NCBI GenBank assembly: GCA_024679065.1
Contig: JAGIQG010000013.1
Span: 18,662,001 to 18,726,000, forward strand
DNA from: Sphyrna mokarran
Taxonomy: Eukaryota
Reading direction: 5' to 3'
DNA: 64,000 nt
In this document: piece after piece, positions 13,761-26,458 of the stretch
Numbering within the stretch: position 1 is the stretch's first letter
How the letters are laid out: the number at the start of each line of letters is the position of its first letter
The notes under the pieces: generated by a model
Databases searched by the model: none
What the model was told of the DNA's origin: nothing
The model's input: the letters and a program-made list of their open reading frames with translations, nothing else
Translations under genes and position numbers: made by a program

Positions 13761-14067
13761 GTGTTGTTTATAATAGATATAATAAAAGATCATGATTAAA
13801 GATTGCACATGATTAATTAATGATCTTTTGTTTGGACCAGCTAATAAATTTTATCCCTTTCAGAAAAATAGATTTTCCTAAATGTCAACTGTATGTTCAG
13901 TTTTGTTGGGTAGTTGAAGGATTAAAAATGCAGGAGTTTGGAGAGGTTGCGATGGGAATAACATGTGAACATGAGAATTAGGAGCAGGAGTAGATCTATA
14001 GTCATGTAAAATCTGGAGTTTATTCTCATCTCAATTGTATTACTCAAGTCAATTAAAAAGTGCAAAG

Positions 14068-14345
14068 TTAAAGTTTATTTATTACTCAGAAGTAGGCTTT
14101 ACATTAACACTGCAATGAAGTTACTGTAAAATTCCTGTAGTCACCACACTCTGGTGCCTGTTTGGATATACTAGGGGAAAATTTTAACATGGCCAATTCA
14201 CCTATCACATCTTTGGACAGTGGGAGAAAAAACACAGATACTGGAAAGACTAACAAACTCTACACAGAAGTGATCCAAGCTGGGAATTGAATCCAAGTCC
14301 CTGGCACTGTAAGGCGACTAACCATTGTGCCATCATGCTGCCCCT
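14068..14345 (-). mobile_element. V-SINE, tail type A
   Basis: aagtttatttatt...cattaacactgcaatgaagttactgt tail; tRNA head at the right end. Confidence 0.8.
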
Positions 14346-15815
14346 TTTTTTTTAAATACAACTTGGGAAATTTATCTAAAGGACTCTGCAGTTCCTGAGC
14401 AGATATAGATTACTCCCAGATACAAGTGTGTTGTTACAAAGTTTCACAGAATTTATTAAGTTAATTGCAATAGGTACAAAATTATAATACTCAATAAATC
14501 AGTGAATTAGTTCATTCATTCAAGAATAATGGCTCTCAACTTCTGGCTGATTGTGTTCTCTCTTGTCTGTTAAGTGAAGTCCATCTTCATGGGACAATTC
14601 TCCCAAAAATATTCTAAGTGTCAAGTTCGAGTGAAAACAGTAATAAATCATGCTGTTTTTTTCCTACCAACAGCACTTAATCAGTCCCTAATTGGTTAAA
14701 TCGTTTATAATCCATTGTTCTCTTAAAGGGTATGGTCATCTAGTGATATCACTTCTTGTTGTTTCCTGACTGGTCCTCTTGATGTCAGTTACTCATGGGA
14801 CCTGCCCGTTCATTATAGCTTTTTTAGTCGTTTCATTAAATATTACAATTTTCTTCCAAAATAGTAAGGGCCTTAGGATAGGTTTGATATCTTTTCATTT
14901 ACAATAGGAGAACCTGACATCTGAACACCAAACTCATCGGCCCATGTGTCTACTTTATCCAAAGATATTAGTATTTCATGTCCTGTATAACACTCATTAA
15001 AACACTTATCGGTATGTTTTGGTTTGAAAGGACACTCCTGTCATTGTATGTTTTTGTTGCATCTACCATGCTTTGTATAAGTTAATTAAAAATACAGAGT
15101 AATGCATAGCCTTATTGAAATTACAATTTATATAAAATGCAGGTAACATTGGTGCTTAAAAGTGATCGGTGTGCTAAAGTTAAGGCAGTAAGATTCATTT
15201 AAAAATATAACACGCCATATTTCTAAATAATAAAAGTCATGAAAACTACATAGCTACAAAGGCTAATTACAGAACTTATTTCTAAACGTATAGAATTGAA
15301 TATAAAAGAAAGTGGCTGCTTCTTTTACATCATCACAAATTAAACTGCATTACTTTTAAGGCATAAGGCTGAATATTTTAATATCTGTTCTTCTTTGCAC
15401 AATAGACTTTTAAATGTAAGGAATATACAGTGATAAATTTAATTGGTAGAGAGGTTGATGGTTTCAGACCAAAACTGTTCAATCCATCTTGCATCATTGG
15501 CTTGGGGTTATGTGGTTTCTCTCACTTATTAAATAGGAGTACGATGCTAATGGCCACAATTCTGCATCATATATTGGATTAATATACTTCGATTATTTGG
15601 ATTACTAATTGTAAATTGTCAACTTTAATATTTTCTACAGTGGAACTAACTGGATTGTACTTCAAATGAAATATCTCGTACTCAGTGGGCCAAATGGCTC
15701 CCACCTGCCTATTTTATGAATGTTACCAACTATAATGCTTATAACATTGGCGATATTTAATGCAATTCAGCCCATTTTGACTTCTGTTTATATTCTTTTC
15801 CTTAAATCTTTACAG

Positions 15816-15876
15816 AATATTACTTTGGACTCAGATATTAAATGGGAAGATAATGCGAGATTGTACTCCACTTATG
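15816..15876 (+). CDS. HJURP: HJURP-like exon (NITLDSDIKWEDNARLYSTY), phase 0 to 1
   Basis: Strong polypyrimidine tract plus tacag acceptor, gtatgt donor, 61 nt, in frame. Confidence 0.72.
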
Positions 15877-16819
15877 GTATGTATTAAAATATATCACCTA
15901 GCTATTTGTTAGTTACAGCCCAACTAATGAAATTGCTTTGCACTTCTTTGAACCCTTGGTTGAGGATGTTTTGAAAACAGATGGTGACTCAATATTTCAG
16001 AAATTTTGCATTGAAAAAGTGTTCCATCAAGTGGAAACAGCTTTGATTTGATTTATTATTGTCACATGTGTTAGTATACAGTGAAAAATATTGTTTCTTG
16101 TGTGCTATACAGGTAAAACATACCATTCATAAAGAAGAAAAGGAAAGAGTGCAGAAGATAGTGTTGCTGTCACAGCTAAGATGTAGAGAAAGATCAACTT
16201 AGTGCGAGGTAGTTCCATTCAGAAATCTGACAGCAGGGAAGAAGCTGTTCTTGAGTTGTTTGGTATGTAACCTTAGACTTTAGTATCTTTTTCCCAATGG
16301 TAGAAGGTGGAAGAGAGTATGTCCAAGGTGCATACGGTCATTATGCTGGTTGCTTTGCCGAGGCAGTGGGGGAAGTGTAGGCAGAATCAACAGATGGGAG
16401 GCTTGTTTGCATGATGGATTGGGCTGTGTTCACGACCTTTTGCAGTTTCTTATGGTTTTGGGCAGTGCAGAAGCTACACCAAGCTGTGACACAACCAAAA
16501 AGAATGCTGTGTATGGTGCATCTATAAAACTTGTTGAGAGTTGTAGCAGACATGCCAGATTTCCTTAGTCTTCTGAGAAAATAGAGGCAGTGGTGGGTTT
16601 TCTTAATTATAGTGTTGGCATGGGGGGATCAGGACAGGTTGTTGGTCATCTGGGCACCTAAAAACTTGAAGCTCTCGACCCTTTTCTACTTCATCCCCGC
16701 TGATGTAGACATGGGACATGTTCTCCTCTACTCGTCCTGAAGTTGATGACAATCTCCTTCATTTTGTTGACCACCAGTTCTATCTCATTCAGTACTCTGT
16801 TTCATCATTGTTTGAGGTC

Positions 16820-17357
16820 TGTGTTCAATTCTGGTCACCACACTACCAGAGAGTGTCATAGCGTGGTGAGGCTTTAGAAAGAGTATGGAAAAGATTTAGC
16901 AGGATGTTGCCTGGTACGGAGGACATTAGTTACGAGGAGAGGTTGGAGAAACCTGTTTTTTTCTCACTGGTTGAGCAGAGACCTGATAGAAGCCTACAAG
17001 ATTGTGAGGCATGGATAGTCAGAAGCTTTTTCCCAGGATGGAAGAGTCAATTACTAGGGGGCATAGATTTGAGATGTGAAGGACAAGGTTTAAAGGAGAT
17101 GTATGAGGCAGATTTTTTACACAGAGGGTGATGAGTGCTTGGAACTCATTGCTAATAATGGAAGTGGATATAGTTGTGACTTTTAAGGGGCATCTTGACA
17201 AGTACATGAGTGGGATGGGAATACAAGGATATGGTCCCCAGAAGGGTAGAAGGGTTTTAATTAAGTTGGGCAGCATGGTTGCTGCAGGTTTTTTTGGGGG
17301 GGAGGGGGTGTGGTGTCGAAAGGCCTGTTCCTGTGCTGTAATTTTCTTTGTTCTTTG
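16820..17357 (+). mobile_element. CR1 3' fragment nested in the Rex1/Babar element
   Basis: MLPGTEDISYEERLEK; tail aggcctgttcctgtgctgtaattttctttgttctttg. Confidence 0.85.
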
Positions 17358-18952
17358 TCTGTCCCACTACGGTGTGTTGTCAGCAAACTTGAAAATCGAA
17401 TTGGAGAGGATTTTGGCTACACAGCAATAGGTGTATAAGGAGTATAGTAGGGGATTAAGAACACAGCCTTGTGGGGCACCGGTGTTGAAGATGATCATGG
17501 AGGAGGTATTGTTGCCTATCCTAACTGATTGTGGTCTATGAGTTAGGAAGTTCAGGATCTAGTTGCAGAGGGAGGAGCCAAAGCTCAGGCTACAGAGTTT
17601 GGAGATTAGCTTCACAGCAATAATGGTGTTGAAGGTTGAGATGTAGTTAATAAATAGGAGTTTAAAATAAGTGTCTTTATTATCTAGGTATTCCAGGATT
17701 CAGTGCAGGTCCAGGGTGGTGGCATCTGCTGTGGACCTGTTGTGGCAATAGGCAAACTATTTATGGATCCAGGTAGTCCAGGAGGCTGGAATTGATTTGT
17801 GCCATGACTAGTCTTTTGAAGCATTTCATAATGATTGATTTCAGAGCCACCGGATGATAGTTTTGAGGCACGTTGCTTGATTTTTCTTGGGTACTCGGAT
17901 GATGGCCGTCTTCTTTAAAGCAGATAGGGACTTAAGATTGTTGTAATAAAGAGAGGTTGAAGATGTCTGCGAATACCTCCACCAGCTGATCCGCAGGATC
18001 TGAGTGCTCATCTGAATACCCCATTTGGGCCAGTTGCTTTCCGTAGGTTGACCTTTGATAAAGCTGCTCTGACATCTGCAATGGTGACCCCAGATACAGA
18101 TTCTTCCAGGGTGGAGGGTATGCTCTCACTGAACTCTTGCTCAAAATGGGCATTGACTGCATTGGCTCATCAGAGAGAGGTGAGTTGGAACCGGCGATTT
18201 TACATGCCTTCATCCCGTAGCGTGTTATGTCTTGCAGATTTTGCCATAGTCGGCGGGGGTCTGTATGGCTAATCTGAGACTCTAGCTTGATCTGATACTG
18301 TCTTTTGGCATTTTTGGGTCTCAAATTATATCTGGCTTTCTTGTATATCAGGGTCACCTGACTTGAATGCCTCAAATGTAGACTTCAGTAAGCAGTGGAT
18401 ATCCCTATTCATCCATGGTTTCCAGTTGGAGAACACGTGTATTTACTCTTCTACACATTTACTAATGAAGTCAGCTATTATAGTGGCATACTCATTCAGA
18501 CCGGTTGCAGAGGTTTTAAATATTGGCCAGTTCACTGACTGGTTGCAGGGTTTTTAAATACTGATTTTCAGATCAAAATTGCTTTGATGGATTCTCCTGT
18601 TTCAGTTTTTGCTTGTAAGCCAGGAGCAGGAGCACAGCCCTGTGGTCTGATTTGCCAAAATGTGGGTGGGTGATAAAGCAGTAGGCATGTTTGATATTTG
18701 TGTAGCAGTGGTCTGGGGTACTGGGTCTCCAGTAGAACAGGAGACATGTTGGTAGTATGCTCTTGAGCTTGGTCTGACTTAAGTCCCCTGCCATAATAAA
18801 CAAGGCTTTAGAATGTTTTGTCTCAAGGCTATTCATAGTTGTGTATATTTCATCCAGCATGATCTTCACATCGGTATGGGGTGAGATATAAAGTGCCATC
18901 AGGATAATGGAGGTGAACTTTTGCAGAAGGTAGTAGGGCGGCATTTTAGCTT

Positions 18953-19210
18953 TTTTAAGTTTATTGATTAGTAACAAGTAACGAAGTTACTGTGAAATTC
19001 CTGTATTGCCACAGTCCGTAACTGTTCAAGTCAAGACACCTAACCAGCATGTCTTTCAGAATGTGGGAGGAAGCCAAAACATCTGGAAGAAACCCATGCA
19101 GACTTGGGAGAATATGCAAACTCCTCACAGACTGTGACCCAAGCTGGGAATCGAACTTGGGTCTTTGGTGCTGTGAGGCAGCAGTGCTAATCACTGTGCC
19201 ACCATGCTGC
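18953..19210 (-). mobile_element. V-SINE nested in the Rex1/Babar element
   Basis: tRNA head, V-domain and type A tail. Confidence 0.8.
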
Positions 19211-20661
19211 AAAAACTTGCTCATGTTGGTATGTCTAGGCACCACGAGGTGTTTATTAAGATGCAGATCCTAGCCTTGTCTGAGGCTGTTGTATGGTCCA
19301 TTCAATGGATTTGAGAAACCCTCTGGTTGTAAGGCGCAGTCCAGTGAAGCAGGAGTGAACCATGTCTCCATGAAACAGTACACAGCTGTTCTCTTTGGAA
19401 AATGAATCTGGCTCTGTGTTCGTCTTGTTTGTTTCCCAGAGATTGGATATTTGCAAGCAGTAAGCTGGGGAGGGGAGCCTTGGGACTGCATTGTTTCACT
19501 CTCACCTGCAGGCCTGCATGTTTTCCGTGCTTCCTGGAATGTCTGCTTTTTTTCAAGCTTGGGAGACACTGAGAGTGGTTTGCAGTGTTAAAGGTATAGT
19601 TGTGTCCAATGAAGTTCTTCTCTCTGGTTGGTGTATGGATGAAAGATTTGTTGGCTCGCTTACAGTTCCTGCGTCAGTAGATGGTCCATGCAGTCGGGTG
19701 TTCCAGATCACTGTCAGGCTGTGGTTTGGCTTCGCCAGTTGGTGAATATCCAGGCCACACTCTGGTGTGGATGGGTCGAAGACTGGTAAGTGGATGAAGT
19801 CCCTGGATTCACGGTCATGGATGAGCCAGTGGTTGGGCCCATGTGTTGAGGTCCCCGGGTCACTGCTGGGTTGAGCTCTTCCTTTAGAGGTCGGAGGATC
19901 TCTCGACCTGTAAGTAAATTTAAAAGGGCAGCTTTAGTGATTGTTAGGAATTAATTTTTAGCAGGGTGGGGCAACTGTAGAAGGGGGATTGAAGGGAGTG
20001 CTTGTTGTAGCTCTCTGGGTCAAAGAGATAGGGGACGGAGAGGAGGGCTCTAAGCTCGCTTGGAGGTCTGGTCGTTGGAGACCAGCGGAGTGGAGGTCCC
20101 AGCTCCCATGGTGTTTTCCTGGGTGCTAAAAGTCTTCCGAGTGTAGACCCAGGCTTCTCGGGCATTTTCCTGGTCTCTGAAAGCTGGTGTGGTGTAATCC
20201 CCACCTCTGGGACTGCATGCCAGCTGCTGTTCATGTGGGTGGCCGGTCAATTTCAGGTCAGCCTGATTGGGTGTCTGCAGGGTCCTAAGGATCACCACTT
20301 CTGTTAAACATTGTTTTAAAGCATTGTTGGAGAGTTCAAAAGAGTTGGAATGAAATTTTAGAGGTATAGAACGAGAGTAAAAGAGACAACTTGAAGCTAT
20401 GCTAGGCGTAGCTTGCAAGAAGTCACCTCACTCTGGTACAATCTTGAATTTTTTTTGGCATGGAAAAATTGTGTAAGACTTAATAATATGTGCAATCCCA
20501 TATTGATCTTAAACATAACAGCCAGATTTGACCACCCGTCACGGTATTCCATATTCATAGTTCTGCTGTAGTAAAATAAATGCTGTTGATTAAATTTTAT
20601 GTTTCTGCAGTTTTGTCAGATGGAAATTAAACAATAATAAGTCTAATTTTCTTATTTTTAG

Positions 20662-20734
20662 GAACTCTCTTGCCTGTCGTAAATAGTTCAGGAAATACTG
20701 AGAGTTTATGTTTATCACCCAGATTTCGGAACAG
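20662..20734 (+). CDS. HJURP: HJURP-like exon (GTLLPVVNSSGNTESLCLSPRFRNR), phase 1 to 2
   Basis: ttattttttag-type acceptor, cag|gtatgt donor, 73 nt, in frame. Confidence 0.72.
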
Positions 20735-21517
20735 GTATGTGGTGAAGTATTTAGTTTATTGTTCAATTAAACTATTAAATAATCTATTATGTAGGTTTTC
20801 AATATTTTGATTTTGAAAGAAATGGTCTTGTAGTTCTATGTTTTAGAGTATGTAGCATCACTGGATGTTCATTTTTTTTTACAACGTTATTGTGAAAACT
20901 TCATTTTGCCACCAGATGCTAAATTTTTAAACAAAAATGTCTCCTCCTCGTTAACTGTTTCCATCTCATTGCCTTTATTCATTTGCTCTCTTCGTGGAAT
21001 AGCTATTAATTGTATATTTATAGTTCAAAGTTCTGTACAGTAAGTTTCTCAGCTACGCATTTTCAAGTTCAATTTCAGTAAAGAACCTGTATAATTTGTG
21101 TTAGTCTTCTAAGGAATATATAGAGTGTGAAGATATAAAGTAGGCGTTGTGGCTTTAAAATACCCCAGGCAAGAATTTCATAAGATATTTTTCCATTCCT
21201 TTCCACCTTTTTGAATTATGAAATGGGGAGCGGCACACTGGACTATAGTGCATGCAATTAATTTCATATCTTCGTTCTAATACAATATACTCAGTATAAA
21301 GCTGAGGCAATTTTAAGTTCTCCAATAATTTGAATAAATCTGTTAATAAAATGAGATTTTAATACTTTTAAAAATTGGTTGAATTAAGAGTAGAACATGT
21401 TTGTGTGGATTTGATGGACCCGAAGGGCCTCTTCTGCGCTCTGTGATTCTGTGAAAGAAGAAGCAATTACTAGCTGGAATGTTGTAATTAAATGACATTT
21501 TTACTTTCTCTTAACAG

Positions 21518-21563
21518 AGTGTCAAGAAAACTGGACTATACCAAACTCAACACCCCAGTCTGA
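21518..21563 (+). CDS. HJURP: HJURP-like last coding exon (VSRKLDYTKLNTPV*)
   Basis: ctttctcttaacag acceptor in phase 2, TGA at 21561-21563, followed by an AT-rich repeat-free 3'UTR. Confidence 0.72.
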
Positions 21564-22032
21564 ACTTTGCTGACTTTATTGCAAAACTTGTGTTGTGCAC
21601 CATAAACCTGTTTTTGCTTGTTTCTATGCTGATGCTTTTAACTATGTTTTTCAGTATTACAAACATTTTTAAAGTACTGATTTTTAGTGTGTTTTCCACT
21701 CTCTTCTTCACAAGTGCACAAGTGTGATACTGTGCAACTTGAATCACAAAAGATTATCTGGTCATCTCCCACAAATTTTGAAGACAATCAGTAGTTGGTA
21801 CCTGCATCTCTGTAAAGGAACACTGTCTGAATGCTGGTCACTGCCATATTTTGAACCCTAAGTCAAATGTAAACCATGTTACCATCATGTCTTCATAGCT
21901 GAATTTGAGTCTGAAATTATTTACCTGTTTATTTTGTTTTTGTCCATATTTTATTATGTTTTAGTCCTCCTTGTTAATCCTTACTATATTGTGATTCATG
22001 CAGCTTAAAAACCATCATTTTAATGGACTTTC

Positions 22033-22292
22033 AATAAATTTTTATTGCTGATTTTAAGTATTGTACTGAAGTTAATGCAATATTTTCTTATTTGTATATA
22101 CTTGGTGCATTATTAAGATGCATGTGGATTATTTAGTATGAAAGCAACTATTGGTGGGACGGCAGGGTGGGAGATGTATTCTTAAAAATTTAGAGTTGCT
22201 TTCTTTTGACTAATTCTGGTGTTAAGCAAGCATTTTTTTAATCTTAAGATTTTGTGCTTAATTTATTTCTTGTTAAGTAAGTTTGGAATAAA
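22033..22292 (+). terminator. Candidate polyadenylation signals of the HJURP-like gene (AATAAA at 22033 and 22287)
   Basis: Two AATAAA hexamers downstream of the stop, with T/GT-rich sequence after them. Confidence 0.45.
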
Positions 22293-22364
22293 TGTGAAAA
22301 TTCTGGATTGCTTGTAGTGACTTTGGTACAAAGGGACATATATGTCTCTATACAGCCACAGTTC

Positions 22365-23880
22365 TAGGCTCTGACAACTATGTTAGCTGTATAACTGAAG
22401 ATTTGTGCTCCAAAGCTCGCCACGTCCTGAGCAAGGTGTTCTATTGCAGCAATGCTAGCATACATCCAAAGATATGGAAAATTGCCCAAATACTTTCCAT
22501 CTGCAAAAAGCAGGATAAATCCAATCTAGCCAATTGCTGCCCCATCAGGTCTGTCATCAGCAAAGCACTGAAATCTGTTGTTGATGGTGCTAAGTAGCAC
22601 TTATTCACTAATATCAATGCTTAGTTTGTGAACTGCAAAAGCAACCAGACTTCACATTTCTTTACAGCCTTGCCCAAAGTCAGTCCGTCAAACATGTTGA
22701 ATTTCAAATGTTAAGTGTGAATGACTGCCTTTGCCAACGAAACATTTGATAACATGTGGCATTGTGGCAGCCCCAGCAAAATTAAAGTCATTGCAAATGA
22801 GGGGTAAATTCTCCACTAGGTGGAGTCATTTAATAGAGGAAGATTTGTTGTGATTAGATCAATCATCTCAGCCCCAGCACATTGCCCTGATCCAACCACA
22901 TTCAGCTGCTTCATTAAGAACATTCCATCATAAAGTCAGAAGTGGGGATATTTGCTGATGAATGCAGTGTGCATTAGCATTTTAAAAATGCTTATATTGA
23001 AGCAGTCTGCATACATGCAGCAAGATGTGGAGATGCCGACATTGGACTGGAGTAAACAGCGACCTGACGAAGGGGCAAACTTATGGATTTACTATCAAAT
23101 AAACTTGTTGGACTTTAACCTGGTGTTGAGAGACTTCCTACTGTACATGCAGCAAGACCAGGACAACATTCAGGCACAAGTGGCAAGTGCCAGACAGTGA
23201 CCATTTTCAAAGTAATTTGACCATCTACCCTTGACATTCAATAGTATTCATTGCTGAATGCCCTACCAATAATATTATGGGGTTACCACTGACCATAAGT
23301 TGAATTGGATCAGACCCAGCAGATCAGAGGCTAGGAATACTGGAGCAAGAAACTTGCTTCTTGATTTTGCCAAAGCCTAACCACCATTTACAAGATACAA
23401 GCCAGGAGTGTGATGGAATATTTGCCTGGTTGAATGCAGCATCAACAAGAGATCCAGGGCAAAGAGCTCAACTGATTGGCATCCTATTTACCACCTTAAA
23501 CATTCACTCCCTCCAACACCAGCATACCGGCAGCACAAGATGTACTGCAGTAACTTACCAAGCACCTTCCACACGTGCAACCTGTACTATCTAGAAGGTT
23601 GGGAATTTTATAGTAACTTTATTGCAGTGTTAATGTAAGCCTACTAGTGACTAATAAATAAACTTTAAACTTTTTAAGGCTGAGGCCAAAAGCATGGGAA
23701 TGCTGCTACCTGCAGATTTTCTTCTGAGTAATAAACCAATCTGACTTGGAACTTGGACTTCGCAATTCTTTCACTGGTGTTGGGTAAAAATCTTAGAAAA
23801 CGCATTTCCTTTCTGCACTGTGGATGGATGTACTGATACCAGTTTGATTACAGTGCTTCAAAAGATCATGATCACTTCAA
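22365..23880 (+). mobile_element. CR1/L2-group LINE (family 2), degraded, with nested Penelope-like piece and SINE tail
   Basis: WKIAQILSICKKQDKSNLANCCPI and atttgctgatga (FAD) RT motifs. Confidence 0.75.
23024..23142 (+). mobile_element. Short Penelope-like element with partial hammerhead core
   Basis: gatgtggagatgccgacattggactgg...cctgacgaaggggcaaac...ttggactttaacctggtgttg; relatives at 38706-38855, 39632-39690 and 49328-49355. Confidence 0.5.
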
Positions 23881-23952
23881 GGACAATGAAGGGTGGAATG
23901 TATGTAATTTCATGCTTCAAACATCCAGGTAGTCAAGTGAATTTATGTAGGA

Positions 23953-24878
23953 CGCTGTTTGTAATTTTTATAAATGATCTGGATGAAGGTATTGAAGGAT
24001 GGATTAGTAAATTTGCGGATGACACCCAAGTCGGAGGAGTGGTAGATAGTGAAGAGGGGTGTTATAGTTTGCAGAGAGGTGGCAAATGGAGTTTAATGCA
24101 GAAAAGTGTGAGGTAATTCACTTTGGCAGGAATAACAAATGTGTAGAGTATAGGGCTAATGGTAGTACTCTTAATAGTGTTGAAGAACAGAGGGATCTTG
24201 GTGTATATGTGCATAGATCCCTGAAAGTTGGCAATCAAGTCGATAAGGTTGTTAAGAAGGCATACGGAGTCCTAGCTTTTATTGGTAGGGGGATTGAATT
24301 TCGGAGCCGCAACGTCATGTTGCAACTGTACAAAACTCTCGTGCGGCCGCACTTGGAGTATTGTGTGCAGTTCTGGTCCCCGCATTATAAGAAAGATGTG
24401 GAGGCATTGGAGAGGGTACAGAGGAGGTTTACCAGAATGTTGCCTGGTATGGAAGGCAGGTCTTATGAAGAGAGGCTGAAGGTTTTGAGGTTGTTTTCGT
24501 TAGAAAGAAGGCGGCTAAGAGGAGACCTTATTGAAACACATAAGATGATTAGAGGTTTAGATAGGGTGGACAGTGATAGCCTTTTTCCTAGGATGGAGAA
24601 AGCTAGCATGAGGGGACATAGCTTTAAATTAAGGGGTGGTAGTTATAGGACAGATGTCAGAGGTAGGTTCTTTACCCAGAGGGTGGTAAGGGTATGAATG
24701 CCCTGCCTGCTGCAATTGTAGATGCGTCAAGTTTGGTGGCATTTAAGAGGTTAGTAGATAAGTTTATGGACGAAAAGGGAATGGTTTAGGTTAGAGGGTC
24801 ATTGCTTTTTCCTAATTGGTCGGCGCAACATCGAAGGCTGAAGGGCCTGTTCTGTGCTGTAATGTTCAATGTTCTATG
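23953..24878 (+). mobile_element. Young CR1 3' fragment
   Basis: 203-aa ORF 24086-24697 (LYKTLVRPHLEYCVQFWSPH), nearly identical in protein to 62640-63392; atgttc-type tail. Confidence 0.95.
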
Positions 24879-25843
24879 ATCAGTTTGTGAGAACTGGAAA
24901 ATGTTACAGCTGAACATTAAAAAGCAAAGGGAAGAACAAAGATATATTATGAATAATTTTTATTCTTGAAGGGAAATACAGATAGTTTAAAAGGAAATCT
25001 TATGGAAGGAGTAAAGTAATGCGCACTACCCCAGCAAGCTGTTAAGAAAATGTAGGTTAACACAGTCATTATCCCAAACACAAACCAACCATTTTACTCC
25101 TATATCCAAAAACACAATGTAAATTTAACCCACACTGTTCATAAGATGATGGATATCACAATTAAGATCAGAGGTCCAGCTGTAAAGCCAGAAGACTGAA
25201 ACTACCTGCTTAAAAAGAGAACTAGAGTTGAATTTCATTGGAACTGTAAAAATCCAAAGAAGGAGACTCAGTTGGACAGATAATTCATGTGGCAAATAAC
25301 AAGAAATTTAGGATTGTGAATATGGCTACAAAATGGTAGCTCTGCATTTTGTCTCCAACAAAAAACGAATGCGTACCTGCCTAGTATATTGGATTTGCTG
25401 CTTTTATTGCTCATTTGAAATTATTGAAGTGCACTGATTCAAATATAGTTAATATAAGCTGCACCAAATGCTGGAGATCCATACTACACATAACATTGGC
25501 TTGGAAGTTTCTCTACTTGATGGGTTTAAACAATCATCCTTTCCAACTTCTAAATTGTAGACCATGCCATGTTGTTAAATGCAGGTATACATTGTGTTGA
25601 ATATATTCCTGTACACTGTCAACCTGCTTGGAAGAAATTAATTTAAATTATTATGGGCACGATAACACTGAGTCTATTAGATTTATTTAATGAGTTGCAC
25701 GTATACGAGAGTATTTAATGCAGTAAAGCTAGACTATCCCAAGTCATGAAATAAAAATTGCTCTGAAGTTAAATATATTCAAATAGAATGCAATATCAAA
25801 GTAACTTCTATACCACATCTTCGCATCAAGCTAAGTACTATCA

Positions 25844-26458
25844 GAAGCAATTAAAAGTGTGCACCAAATACAGCTATGCCAGCTGAAGTGCTAACAGCAA
25901 TATTAAAACGGGGAGACAATGGTATTGTCACATGATTAGTAATTCAGGGATCCAAAGCAAGATCTGGGGACCCAGGTTCAAATCTCACTGCAGCAGATAG
26001 TGAAATTTGAATTCAATAAAAAAACTGGAATTAAAATTCTAATGATGATCATGAAACCATTGCCAATTGTTGGAAAAACCCATCTGGTTGATTAATGGCC
26101 TTTAGGGAAGGAAATTTGACATTCTTACCCAGTCTGATTCAATTAAAACAATTAATTGAAGCAGTTAAAATTGTGCACCAAATAAAGCTTTGCCAGCTGA
26201 AATGTTCACACCAATATTAAAGTGGGGAGACAATGGCATTGTGGTATTGTCACATGATTAGTAACCCAGGGATCCAAAGCAAGATCTGGAGACCCAAGTT
26301 CAAATCTTGCAGATAGTGAAATTTGAATTCAATAAAAAAAAATGGAATTAAAATTCTAATGATGACCATGAAACCATTGCCAATTGTTGGAAAAACCCAT
26401 CTGGTTGATTAATGTCCTTTAGGGAAGGAAATTTGACATTCTTACCTGGTCTGATTCA
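25844..26458 (+). repeat. Tandem duplication with 314-bp period, covering unique flank plus the 5' part of a tRNA-derived SINE
   Basis: Copies begin gaagcaattaaaagtgtgcacc (25844) and gaagcagttaaaattgtgcacc (26158) and align to ...tctgattca. The second SINE continues to ~26580. Confidence 0.9.

Larger units (their letters stand above)
16042..20447 (-). mobile_element. Near full-length, decayed Rex1/Babar non-LTR retrotransposon with nested CR1 (16820-17357) and V-SINE (18953-19210)
   Basis: ORF pieces FYRCTIHSILFGCVTAW...KKLQKVVNTAQSI, LVEVFADIFNLSL, HPHFGKSDHRAVLLL, PLPSLLLANIQSLGNK, YCFMETW; (tttga)n 3' tail at 16042. Confidence 0.85.

Noticed and set aside
16001-20475. TSD for the Rex1/Babar element (aattttgcattgaaaaagtgt vs aattttttttggcatggaaaaattgtgt)
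   Set aside because: Degenerate, AT-rich and not directly adjacent to the 3' tail.
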